Shown here: piece by piece, positions 18,302-28,327 of the stretch
Numbering within the stretch: position 1 is the stretch's first letter
How the letters are laid out: the number at the start of each line of letters is the position of its first letter
NCBI GenBank assembly: GCA_963707955.1
Contig: OY970176.1
Coordinates: 1,728,001 to 1,792,000, forward strand
Length of the DNA: 64,000 bases
DNA from: Candidatus Bathyarchaeota archaeon
Lineage (GTDB): Archaea > Thermoproteota > Bathyarchaeia > Bathyarchaeales > Bathycorpusculaceae
Reading direction: 5' to 3'
Program-made: the position numbers and the translations under genes
The notes under the pieces: model-generated
What the model saw: the letters and a program-made list of their open reading frames with translations, nothing else
Database searches by the model: none
Told to the model about the DNA's origin: nothing

Positions 18302-21300
18302 GTGAGAGCAAGCACTGCGGTATGGACAATGCTAACCATACTTCTTCTCGGTGCTTTGCCACCAGCAATTAACATGGCGCACGCAACCACTCTATTGATT
18401 TCTAATGGAACCATGTTTGGAACCTTCGAAGAAGGAGGTTCTAATTCGACCACATTCCCATTAACTCCACCAACAATACAAGATTTCCTCATAAACAACA
18501 CGGCAACGGGTAACACGACTCAGTTTGCCTTCTACATTTCAGACAGCGTTGCCCTGCAGAACTGTGCTTTTTGGAACGATAACGGAACTGGAGGCACAGG
18601 AGCAAACTCGTCACTTCAATTAAGTGGGACAGGTCCAACTTATGCAAACTTCACAGTTAATCCTTTCACTGCAACCACGATGTTGAACTTCACCTTTTGG
18701 CTGTGGAACACTAACAGCTCAATTCCACCCGCGACCATCTGCTATAGAACTTTAGCCATTTACAATTCCAGCATGCCCTACACGAGTTTGGGAAGTGCCA
18801 TTTCCGCCGTTGAGGGCACAAACAATTGGACAACAGCTAACGATGCTCTTGGGACTTCTGGCGTTAACCCGTATGAAGGATTGATTTTGAACCAAAACAC
18901 TACAGTCTCAGTATGAGTCCGTCATAGATAGCTATGCTAACGGTCAGTTAGGAACAACAATTTCTGAAGCTTATTGCACTAATTCTTTCATGAATAGTAG
19001 TTGGAGCAACCCTGCACAGGCGTACGATAACAACACGGCAACAGGAGCGAGTTATAGCCAATCTCCTGCTTCAACAACCACTCAGTTTGGACTTGCTCTT
19101 TCAGCGCAAGTAAACGGAACGACAATTCAATATGATGTCAGTGACAGTAATGCTTCCGCTCAATCAAGTACTACGATGAGTGTTAGTATTGGAAATTCTA
19201 CGACTTCATGGACAAATGTGGCAAATGGAATAACGGTAACATGGTCTGCGTATGCAAATCTAACCTTTATTCAGTCAACATTCACCTATATCGAATTCAA
19301 CTTTACCGACAGTTCTTCCACAAATTATGGCAACGTGTATATAAATGAAGCACAGGCTTTCAGCATAAGTCATCCCCTCGTCCATGATTACCTTGATGTG
19401 CTCAAGTATTGTGCCTATGCTCAAAAAATGAATCTCACATGGTCAAGCCAACATAACGACCTGATTTATGCTCTCGGCAACATTACAATGTGTGGAAGCT
19501 TGCCTCAGACTGACAACTCTGCTTACACACAGATGCAGGCTAAAGGCTACACTGTTCCAAACGGGGACTTTCTTGTTCAAGATGCGTGGGCACTGTATGG
19601 CTACTACTATGCAAACAATTCGTGGGTGCCAAGTTCTATTCAATCTAAATGGAATATAGCAGCAGCCTATAATCAATTCGATATTGCTGCTAATTTCTCA
19701 GTTGCCAGCGGCTACGGTATTGGAGGAGTTGGAAACCTGAATGGAACTGGATTGCCTCTATGGATTTTCAACGATAGCACAGGAATGACCTATACAGACA
19801 GATATTACGATGAAGGTTCTGAAACTGTACAGGACTACGTTACTTTCTATTCGCTGCTCAACGTGAGCGATGCTCTGAACAAAGCGTTGTATTGGTGGGG
19901 ATATGTTGTTGATACGCATTGGAATCCTCTCGACATTTTATCAGCAGCTCCATCCTTGACATATTTCAGATACAGTAACTATTACGATATGTCAAGTGCA
20001 TATTCTATGGAATGTGAAGCTGGGTTTTTCCTCAAAGACATCAGCATCCTTCAATATTACTCTTCAAATCTTGTTAACTACAGCTATGTTCTTGCTGACA
20101 TTGGAACTAGATTTTTGACAAGCGAATGGGAAAGTGGTCAGTGGACTACCAGCCCAGGAGCCCCATCCTCCTATGTTGTTGTTCACTGTGATGTAAGTAA
20201 TACAGAATTAAGGCTTGAAAACACATTAGGTGCATGGCAGGCTCTTTTAGGTTGCTATCTTCAAATGAGTTCTGGCAACCAAACAAACATGAAGGATATG
20301 CTTTCTGGAAACACGACAACCAATATTCAGCCAGCATGGAGCTTACTATTAAATTCAGCATTATGGAACAGTTCAAATAAACAGTTCGCCTTTGGAACTT
20401 CAAGCGAAACATTTACCAATTCTGCTACGGCTCTCGGTGAAGTTACAATGTTTCAATTAGGCATTATCCCAGGCACTAGCACTGTTGCTTTTCCACTTGA
20501 AGAATTAGGCTATGAGTACACCTATGATATTGACCCTGTTCTTATGGGTTTCAACTTGAACAGCACAGCACGGCAAATCACGGTTCCAGTTGTGCAAGCT
20601 GGAACCATAACCTTCGATTACGGGCAGTCACCAATAACCCACAACTTCACCAGTGGCGGGGTCTACGTAATCAACTTTACAAGCAGTTGGAACATGATTT
20701 CAAGCGTGACCTATCAATCGGCGTTGCCAAGCAACCTCATATATTTCTACTTGCCAGGGCGGGCGCTCTCTGTCAATATCTCACCTACCTCGGTCACCCT
20801 GATTGTTGGTCAACCTCAGTTGTTCACTTCAATCATCTCTGGGGGCACTTCGCCTTACACGTACCAATGGTATTCGAATGGCTCAGCAGTTCAAGACGCC
20901 ACTTCCACCAGCTGGACCTTCACGCCTACGTCAGCAGGTCCTTTTACTGTTTACATGGAAGTCCACGACGGTGCCGGGGCGCAGGCAACGTCTAACACTG
21001 CGACCGCTACAGTGAATCCCGGAACCCACGACATAGCCGTCACCAACGTTGCGTCTTCTAAGACTGTGGTTGGTCAAGGCTTTAGCGTTAACGTAACCGT
21101 CACAGTGGCAAACCAAGGCGACTTTACCGAGACCTTCAACGTCACAGGATACGTCAACGCAGCCATCATAGGATCAGAAAACGTTACCTTACCAGCTGGC
21201 AACTCTCCGACAGTCACGTTCACGTGGAACACCACTGGCTTATTCTACGGCAACTACACCCTAAGCGCCTACGCAGAGCCTGTTCTAGGCGAGACGAACA

Positions 21301-21527
21301 CGGCAAACAACAATTTCACAGACGGCGTAGTGACAGTCACTATTCCAGGAGACGTTGACGGCAACGCCAGAGCTGACGTGGGCGACGTGGTCAAAATACT
21401 CTATGCTTTCGGATCAACACTCGGACAATCAAGGTACGTTCCAAACTGCGACATAGACGGCAACGGCAGAATCAATATGGGCGACATAATAATCGCCTTA
21501 CGCAACTTCGGAAAACATTACCCATAG
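18302..21527 (+). pseudogene. Large secreted protein (unknown, possibly alpha/alpha-barrel glycosidase-like domain; Ig/PKD-like; CARDB-like; dockerin) split by one frameshift near 18895
   Basis: Removing one A in 'ccaaaacac' joins 18302-18916 to 18990-21527 (NQTLQSQYESVIDSY...). Signal peptide, many N-x-S/T sequons, dockerin ending KHYP. Confidence 0.75.
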
Positions 21528-21761
21528 AGCGCTGTTATTGAAGTTTCGCGCCACACTTTGGGCACTTGAGAGGATAGTTTTCTTTGCTTATCATTTTCAA
21601 TCCACAGCCGAAGCAGACATAAATCTTGCATACTGGGCAATGATAGTTGCCGCCTTGAACGCAATTGCGCGCGTGCTTTTTATGTTTAATCCAAAGACAC
21701 AGAGCAACTGGAAAGGTTGGCTAGCTTTAAATAACTGGGTTCCTAGGCTAAAGTGATTGTC

Positions 21762-23216
21762 ATGGCCTTAGCTTTCGAAGATCAGGCCGCAGGTTTTTTG
21801 GGTCTGGCTGAAAGGGCAGCAAAAACAATCTCAGAAACTGCCAGGCAAGACGGGTTGATACACGTTTTCTCGCACTTGGACGCTGATGGGATTGCGGCAG
21901 CCGGAATCATGGGAAAAGCGTTGTTGAGGTTGGACGCGAAGTTTCGAATCCGCATAACCCAGTGGATTGAGGACAAGATCGTCGGTGAAGTTCTTTCAGA
22001 CAAGCCTCAACTCATAATCTTAACTGACCTAGGAAGCGGCTACATTGACCTGCTCAGCCAAAAACTTCCAGACTTCAAGATTGTAATCTTGGACCATCAT
22101 CAAATCGTCGGCAAACAGTCAGACAACATTGTCCACGTGAACCCCCATCTGCACGGAGTCGATGGGGCTCGAGACATCAGCGGTTCCGGCGTCGCGTACT
22201 TCGTGGCTAAGGCTCTGGACAAGCTGAACGTTGACCTATCACCCGTCGCTGTTGTCGGCGCCCTCGGAGACCTGCAGGACAAATACGACCAGCGCATGCT
22301 GAAAGGACTGAATGAAAAGATCGTTGAGGACGCAACAAACTCAGGTCTCCTGACCGTTGACAAAGACCTGATTTTCTTCGGCAGAGAAACTCGGCCAATC
22401 ATTAGGGCGTTGGCTTCGACCACAAGTCCATTCATCCCAGATATAAGCGGCGACGAGAACAAGAGCTTAGCTTTCCTCAAAAGCCTAGGCATTGAGCCAA
22501 AGGTTGGAGACAAATGGCGCGCCCTTAGGGACCTCTCGGAAGAAGAAAAGAAACGTTTGTGCTCAAAGTTGGCCGACCACCTGGTCTCGAAAGGCCTACA
22601 CTATGAGGTATCGAGCCTCATCGGACACGTTTACATCCTATGCAGTGAGGAGCCTTGGACCCCGCTCAGGGACGCCCGTGAGTTTGCAGTCTTGTTAAAC
22701 GCGACAGGGCGAATGGACAAGGCTGGTCTCGGAGTGGCGGTCTGCATGGGTGACAGGGGTCCAGCGCTCGAGGCAGCCAACAGAGTGCTTGAGGATTACA
22801 GAAGAACCATAAACAAGTACCTCGGCTGGGTGATGGAGAAGCCTGAAAGAATGAAGGAGTTCGAAAACATATACGTGGTTTACGGCGAAGACTTCATCGA
22901 CGACAAGATGGTCGGAGCGATCTCATCCATACTTACTTCAAGCCTTCCAAACCCGGAGAAACCCTTGATCGCTTACGCAAACTTGCAAGACGAAGGAATC
23001 GCAAAAATCTCGGCGAGAACCATGGACACCGTCATAAACAGAGGCGTTAACCTGGCCGAAGTGATGCAGGTTGCCGCAGAAAAATTCCATGGAAACGGCG
23101 GCGGACACAACATAGCCGCAGGTGCACAAGTCTCTATAGGGAACATCGACGACTTCATAAAAACTGTGAACGAACTCGTCGGCAAACAGCTCAAGGGAGA
23201 GAAGATTGGAAGCTGA
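21762..23216 (+). CDS. recJ: DHH-family phosphoesterase, archaeal RecJ/Cdc45-like
   Basis: SHLDADGI, TDLGSG, ILDHH, VGALGD, GGGHNIAAGA; sits in the rps15-DHH-pcc1-rps3ae cluster. Confidence 0.88.
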   Translation: MALAFEDQAAGFLGLAERAAKTISETARQDGLIHVFSHLDADGIAAAGIMGKALLRLDAKFRIRITQWIEDKIVGEVLSDKPQLIILTDLGSGYIDLLSQKLPDFKIVILDHHQIVGKQSDNIVHVNPHLHGVDGARDISGSGVAYFVAKALDKLNVDLSPVAVVGALGDLQDKYDQRMLKGLNEKIVEDATNSGLLTVDKDLIFFGRETRPIIRALASTTSPFIPDISGDENKSLAFLKSLGIEPKVGDKWRALRDLSEEEKKRLCSKLADHLVSKGLHYEVSSLIGHVYILCSEEPWTPLRDAREFAVLLNATGRMDKAGLGVAVCMGDRGPALEAANRVLEDYRRTINKYLGWVMEKPERMKEFENIYVVYGEDFIDDKMVGAISSILTSSLPNPEKPLIAYANLQDEGIAKISARTMDTVINRGVNLAEVMQVAAEKFHGNGGGHNIAAGAQVSIGNIDDFIKTVNELVGKQLKGEKIGS

Positions 23217-23454
23217 AATAACGCTGGAATACGACGATGTGAGGCTTGCAGAGGCCGTTGCCAAAGCAGTTTCGCCTGACAACCTAAAAACGCCGAGTGG
23301 CCTGTCAATTAAAACATCATGGCGGTCAACGAGAGTCATCACTTGCATCAACTACCGTGGAAAACTCGCGACATTCATCGCCACAATCGACGACCTTCTC
23401 TTTTGTGCATCAACAGCGGAGCGAGCTCTTCAAGCAGCGAGAAAGCTTGAGTGA
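23206..23454 (+). CDS. pcc1: KEOPS subunit Pcc1
   Basis: 82 aa; A.AV..AVSPDN, 'TFIATIDDLL'; canonical position after the DHH gene. Confidence 0.85.
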   Translation: MEAEITLEYDDVRLAEAVAKAVSPDNLKTPSGLSIKTSWRSTRVITCINYRGKLATFIATIDDLLFCASTAERALQAARKLE

Positions 23455-23507
23455 GAGACTTCGCGGCCAGAGTCGTCTCCAGCATATTGAATGTACTTTA
23501 TCGTAAG

Positions 23508-23515
23508 TTTAAATA
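23508..23515 (+). promoter_or_regulatory. Putative TATA box of serS
   Basis: TTTAAATA about 40 nt before the ATG. Confidence 0.55.
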
Positions 23516-23554
23516 GCTAATTCAAGGCTAGACCTAGAGGCTGCGAGTGAAAGC

Positions 23555-24844
23555 ATGCTGGACATCAAACTGATCCGCGAAAACCCTGAACTCATAAGGA
23601 ACAACCTGAGGAAGAGGGCTGACCCTGACAATCTGAAGATGCTCGATGGACTAATCGACTACGACAGAAAATGGCGACAGTACCTGACAGAGTTGAATAA
23701 TCTGCGACATGAAAGGAGACAGATAACAGCCACAATTGCTGAGGCCAAAAAGAAAGGAACGGATTCAAGCAGCGAAATGTTGAAAGCAAAAGATGTTGAT
23801 GCCAAAATCACGAAACTGGAAAAACAAGTAACAGAGTGCGAAGAGAAGGTTCACGAGTACCTGATGCGCCTTCCAAACCTTCTGCACGAAACGGTTCCAC
23901 TTGGCAAGGACGAGAATGACAATGTCGAAATAAGAAAGTGGGGCGACATACCCAAATTCGCTTTTCCAGTAAAGGATCACATGGACCTAGGCCTAAGTCT
24001 CGGTATAGTTGACGTTGAAAGAGCGGGAAAGATTGCTGGAGCCCGCTTCTTCTACCTAAGAAGAGACGCGGTTCTCCTCGACATGGCATTAGTCAACTTG
24101 GCCCTGGAAGAGATAGGTAAGAAGGGCTACACGCCGATTGAACCGCCTTTCCTCATGAGGCGAAGACCGTACGAAGGCGTCGTGGCCTTGAGTGATTTCG
24201 AAGATGTGCTCTACAAGGTTGAAGGTGAAGACCTGTACCTAATCGCAACTTCGGAGCATCCGATGGCAGCCATGTTTATGGACGAGGTGCTGAAAGCAGA
24301 GGACTTGCCGCTGAAGCTTGTCGGTATAAGCACAAACTTCAGGAAAGAGGCAGGCGCACACGGCAAAGACACCCGCGGCATATTCCGAACGCACCAGTTC
24401 AACAAGGTTGAACAGTTTGTTTTCAGCAGGCCCGAAGACTCATGGGCAATTCATGAGGAACTCATACGCAACGCTGAGGAGCTTGTGCAAAAACTCGGGT
24501 TGGCCTACCGAGTTGTCAATGTTTGCACGGGCGACATGGGCACAGTTGCGGCGAAGAGATACGACGTTGAAGCTTGGATGCCCGCGCAAAATGCTTACAG
24601 GGAAATAATCTCATGCAGCAACGACACGGACTATCAGGCCCGAAGGCTAAACATAAGGTACAGGGAGAAGGAAGGTGCAGCGCCAAAAGGGTTCGTGCAT
24701 ACATTGAACTCAACAGCCTTGGCCACAGGCAGAACCATCGTTGCAATAATTGAGAACTATCAACAAAAGGACGGGTCTGTGATCGTCCCAGAAGCGTTGA
24801 GAAAATACATGGGGGACATCAAGAAAATAGCTCCAAAGCGGTAA
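23555..24844 (+). CDS. serS: Serine--tRNA ligase (standard type)
   Basis: MLDIKLIREN, LIATSEHP, FRKEAGAHGKDTRGIFRTHQFNKVEQF, EIISCSN, HTLNSTALA. Confidence 0.97.
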   Translation: MLDIKLIRENPELIRNNLRKRADPDNLKMLDGLIDYDRKWRQYLTELNNLRHERRQITATIAEAKKKGTDSSSEMLKAKDVDAKITKLEKQVTECEEKVHEYLMRLPNLLHETVPLGKDENDNVEIRKWGDIPKFAFPVKDHMDLGLSLGIVDVERAGKIAGARFFYLRRDAVLLDMALVNLALEEIGKKGYTPIEPPFLMRRRPYEGVVALSDFEDVLYKVEGEDLYLIATSEHPMAAMFMDEVLKAEDLPLKLVGISTNFRKEAGAHGKDTRGIFRTHQFNKVEQFVFSRPEDSWAIHEELIRNAEELVQKLGLAYRVVNVCTGDMGTVAAKRYDVEAWMPAQNAYREIISCSNDTDYQARRLNIRYREKEGAAPKGFVHTLNSTALATGRTIVAIIENYQQKDGSVIVPEALRKYMGDIKKIAPKR

Positions 24845-24894
24845 AACTTTTAATACTATGCTGTGAACTTTGAAGCTGCATTCGGAGGGTAAGA

Positions 24895-25503
24895 GTGTCC
24901 TCAAAGACGAAGCGTGTGCGCGATAAGTGGCGAGGCAAGGTATGGTACATGGTGATGTCTCCACCGTACTTTGGAAACGTTGAGTTGGGAGGAGTACCAG
25001 CCGACGAGCCGGAAAAACTGATCGGAAGAGTCGTTGACTCAACGCTCTACGACATTACGAACGACTTTGCCCATCAGTACCTGAAGATGCGCTTCCAAAT
25101 ATCCGAAGTTGACGGCAAAACTGCCAAGACAATATTCAAGGGACATGAATACTCCCGAGACTACTTGCGCAGTCTTGTGAGGAGACGGACGACTAAAGTT
25201 GACGGCTTGTTCGGTGTTACGACGAAAGACGGGTACACGCTGCGAGTGGCTGTTAGCGCTTTTACGCTTTCAAGAATCAAGACGTCTCAAGAGAAAGTCG
25301 TGCGTGCAATCATGAACAGGATCATAAAGGAAAAGGCCGCGGCGCTTACGATGGACCAGGTTGCGCAGGAGATGGTGTTGGGAAAGATAGCTTCGGACAT
25401 CTACAACGAAGCCAAGAAGATTGCTCCGTTGCGCCACGTGGGTATCAGGGGCTCCAAAGTCGTGACGCAACTGGCTAAGCCGCAGGCGGCAGAGGCTAAG
25501 TAG
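24895..25503 (+). CDS. rps3ae: 30S ribosomal protein S3Ae (eS1)
   Basis: RDKWRGKVWY, DYLRSLVRRRTTKVD, KKIAPLR. Confidence 0.96.
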   Translation: MSSKTKRVRDKWRGKVWYMVMSPPYFGNVELGGVPADEPEKLIGRVVDSTLYDITNDFAHQYLKMRFQISEVDGKTAKTIFKGHEYSRDYLRSLVRRRTTKVDGLFGVTTKDGYTLRVAVSAFTLSRIKTSQEKVVRAIMNRIIKEKAAALTMDQVAQEMVLGKIASDIYNEAKKIAPLRHVGIRGSKVVTQLAKPQAAEAK

Positions 25504-26046
25504 CTACGCGGCGAGTGTTTTCCCGTATTCGTAGCCTTTTTCGAAAGCCGTCAGGTTTAGTTCTTCGGTGCCCTTAGGTATGTTCTCTTTGATCGATTCT
25601 TTAACGGCGTTTTCGTCCAGCAGTCTTGTGATTGCGACGAGCGCGCCTAGCATGACGATGTTTGCGACTATTCTTCTGCCAAGTTCTTCTGCGATTTTGG
25701 TGGCCGGAACCTGGAAGACCCTAGCATTTTCCAGGTTCTTCTTCGTGGGAATCATGTCTGGATCTATGATCACCGTGCCGCCAGGCTTGACGTCTGCTGC
25801 GTACTCATTATACGCGTGTTGCGACATGAGGATCAAGACGTCGGGCTGAACTACTTTCGGAAAGTCTATCTCTTCTTCCGATATAACGACTTCAGACTTG
25901 CAGGCCCCGCCTCTTGATTCTGGACCGTAAGACTGAGTTTGAACGGAATTCTTTCCGGCGTGTATAGAGGCTGCTGCGGCCACGATTATGCCTGACTTGA
26001 TTATTCCTTGACCGCCGAAGCCCGCAAACCTAACTTCAACTCGCAC
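25504..26046 (-). CDS. korC: 2-oxoacid:ferredoxin oxidoreductase gamma subunit
   Basis: RFAGFGGQG, QSYGPESRGG, ANIVMLGA. Confidence 0.9.
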   Translation of the reverse strand: MRVEVRFAGFGGQGIIKSGIIVAAAASIHAGKNSVQTQSYGPESRGGACKSEVVISEEEIDFPKVVQPDVLILMSQHAYNEYAADVKPGGTVIIDPDMIPTKKNLENARVFQVPATKIAEELGRRIVANIVMLGALVAITRLLDENAVKESIKENIPKGTEELNLTAFEKGYEYGKTLAA

Positions 26047-26047
26047 G

Positions 26048-26896
26048 TCAGCTCACTTTCTCCATGGCTTCTTCGTTTATTTTTGATATTTTCTCGTGGA
26101 GCATTCTTTCGTAACTGAGCTTCTCAACGTCCACAAACTCGCCGACTGCTATTCTTTCAGGCGTGATTTCCGCCTTTGAGGGGTCTGAGAAGCTGTCGAT
26201 GACTGAGGCCTTCCTGAACCATCCCATCATCTCAAGACCTGACCGCATCTTGTTGTAGCGGCCGTATATCTCAGGACAGGGTGAAAGCACTTCGATGAAG
26301 CAGAAGCCCTTCTTCTCCAGCATCCTCTTGATCGACTGTGTCAGCCTGCGCACGTGCAGGGTCGTCCATCTGGCGACGTACGTAGCTCCAGACGCTGCTG
26401 CCAAGTGCACGAGGTTGAACGGGTGCTCGATGTTTCCATACGGGCTTGTGGTCGTTATCGACTCAAGCGGGGTTGTCGGACCCTGCTGCCCGCCTGTCAT
26501 TCCGTAGTTCAAGTTGTTGGCGCAGAGGACCTTTACTCCTATGTTTCTTCGGGCGGCGTGTATAAAGTGGTTTCCGCCTATGGCGAAGAGGTCACCGTCT
26601 CCGCTTATCACCATGACCTCTAATTCGGGGTTTGCAAGTTTTACTCCTGTCGCAAAGGCCAACGCACGGCCGTGCGTCGTGTGGAATGAGTCCGCGTTTA
26701 TGTAGCCGGCTGTTCGGCCGATGCAGCCGATGCCTGATACGACTACGAGCTTATCTAGATCGAACTGCAACTCGTCCAGTGCGTGAGCGAAGCAGTTGAG
26801 GACAACGCCGTTGCCGCAACCTGCGCACCATATGTGTGGCATCATCTCGGCTCGGAGGTACTTTGAAAACGGATGCGTCATTTCCTGAACCATCAA
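26048..26896 (-). CDS. korB: 2-oxoacid:ferredoxin oxidoreductase beta subunit (TPP-binding)
   Basis: WCAGCG, SGIGC, HTTHGRA, SGDGD, YGMTGGQ, VLSPC. Confidence 0.92.
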   Translation of the reverse strand: MMVQEMTHPFSKYLRAEMMPHIWCAGCGNGVVLNCFAHALDELQFDLDKLVVVSGIGCIGRTAGYINADSFHTTHGRALAFATGVKLANPELEVMVISGDGDLFAIGGNHFIHAARRNIGVKVLCANNLNYGMTGGQQGPTTPLESITTTSPYGNIEHPFNLVHLAAASGATYVARWTTLHVRRLTQSIKRMLEKKGFCFIEVLSPCPEIYGRYNKMRSGLEMMGWFRKASVIDSFSDPSKAEITPERIAVGEFVDVEKLSYERMLHEKISKINEEAMEKVS

Positions 26897-28044
26897 GCAG
26901 CCCTCCTTATTGCGTCAAGAATCTCCGTCGGAGTGTGCGGTTCTTCCCCGAGCTTTGAAAGAAAAGTAACGGGCGTTTCTTTTGCCGCCCTTTCGACTTC
27001 TCGCACGAGTTGTCCGCAGTTCATCTCAGGAACGGCGATTGCTCGAACGTGCTGTGCGACTTTTGCCACGTGTTCTTCTGGAAACGGCCACAGCGTGATC
27101 AGGCGTAGCAATCCTGCCTTGATTCCTTTTTCTCTTGCCTTCCTTATGGCGCTCAACGCGGCCCGCGCAACTATGCCGTACGCTACGACTGCGACATCCG
27201 CGTCGTCGAGCATAACTTCTTCAACTCTTACTATCTTGTCAGCGTTCTTCTGTATCTTTTCGCACAGCCTGTTGACCAGCCTTGTCTGGTCTTCAGAGCT
27301 CGAAGTTCTAGGATAACCGCTCTCGTTGTGCGTTAAGCCCGTAGCATGGAAATGGTATCCCTCTCCGAAGCAGGCCATAGGCGGCACCAAATCGTCATCA
27401 GGCAAGAACGGCTTATACTCTTCAGGTGACACACGCGGCTTCTTTCGGTTAACTATCCTCACCTTGTCCATCGGCGGGATGACCACTTTTTCCCACATGT
27501 GGCCAACGATCTCGTCGGCCATCAGGAGCGTTGGCACTCTGTACGTTTCAGAAAGGTTGAAAGCCTCAACCGTGAGGTCGAACATCTCCTGAACGGAAGA
27601 AGGCGTCAGCGCAATTATACCATAGTCTCCATGCGAGCCCCATTTTGCCTGCATGACATCCTGCTGCCCAGGCATCGTTGGCTGTCCAGTGCTTGGTCCA
27701 GCTCGCATAACGTCCACGATGACGCAGGGCGCTTCTGTCATAACGGCGAGTCCGATGTTTTCCTGCATCAGGCTGAAGCCCGGTCCAGAAGTGGCCGTCA
27801 TCGCTTTCAAACCAGAGTATGATGCGCCGATCACCGCCGCAATTGAAGCGATCTCGTCTTCCATCTGTATGTAGATTCCGCCAAGCTGAGGCATCCTCCC
27901 AGACAGGGTTTCCGCGATCTCCGTTGCGGGGGTGATCGGGTAGCCTGCGAAAAATCGGCAGCCCGCAACAAGCGCGGCCTCTGCGCATGCTACGTCGCCG
28001 TTCAGGAAATGTGCGCCTGTGAGTATGTTCTTAGCTTTTAGCAT
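26893..28044 (-). CDS. korA: 2-oxoacid:ferredoxin oxidoreductase alpha subunit
   Basis: FAGYPITPATE, QMEDEIA, TATSGPGFSLM, RAGPSTG, PEMNCGQL. Confidence 0.93.
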   Translation of the reverse strand: MLKAKNILTGAHFLNGDVACAEAALVAGCRFFAGYPITPATEIAETLSGRMPQLGGIYIQMEDEIASIAAVIGASYSGLKAMTATSGPGFSLMQENIGLAVMTEAPCVIVDVMRAGPSTGQPTMPGQQDVMQAKWGSHGDYGIIALTPSSVQEMFDLTVEAFNLSETYRVPTLLMADEIVGHMWEKVVIPPMDKVRIVNRKKPRVSPEEYKPFLPDDDLVPPMACFGEGYHFHATGLTHNESGYPRTSSSEDQTRLVNRLCEKIQKNADKIVRVEEVMLDDADVAVVAYGIVARAALSAIRKAREKGIKAGLLRLITLWPFPEEHVAKVAQHVRAIAVPEMNCGQLVREVERAAKETPVTFLSKLGEEPHTPTEILDAIRRAA

Positions 28045-28324
28045 GCTTCGTATCCTTCTCGTTTGGTTTTTCAACGACAAAAATCGCGAAGTCCGGGCAG
28101 ACTGCAGTGCAGAAGCCGCAGTTTATGCATTTGCTTTCGTCCACGACTTTTGGAGGGTGAACTCCTCTCGCGTTTATTTCATCAGATTCTTCCAGGACTT
28201 TCCGTGGGCAATACTCGATGCAGTAGCCGCATCCTTTGCACTCATCCTTGATCAGATGGATTTCTGTCTTCACCTGCTTTATCGTTTCTTTGTCGAGCGC
28301 GGCGTGTCGAATTCTTTCAGGCAT
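28031..28324 (-). CDS. korD: 2-oxoacid:ferredoxin oxidoreductase delta subunit (2x[4Fe-4S])
   Basis: CKGCGYCIEYCP and CINCGFCTAVCPDFAI. Confidence 0.9.
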   Translation of the reverse strand: MPERIRHAALDKETIKQVKTEIHLIKDECKGCGYCIEYCPRKVLEESDEINARGVHPPKVVDESKCINCGFCTAVCPDFAIFVVEKPNEKDTKHAKS

Positions 28325-28327
28325 GTG

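Noticed and set aside
8146-21527. Diversity-generating retroelement (TR/VR) as an explanation for the repeated dockerin tails and remnants
   Set aside because: No reverse transcriptase in the window, and differences between copies are not confined to adenines of one template.
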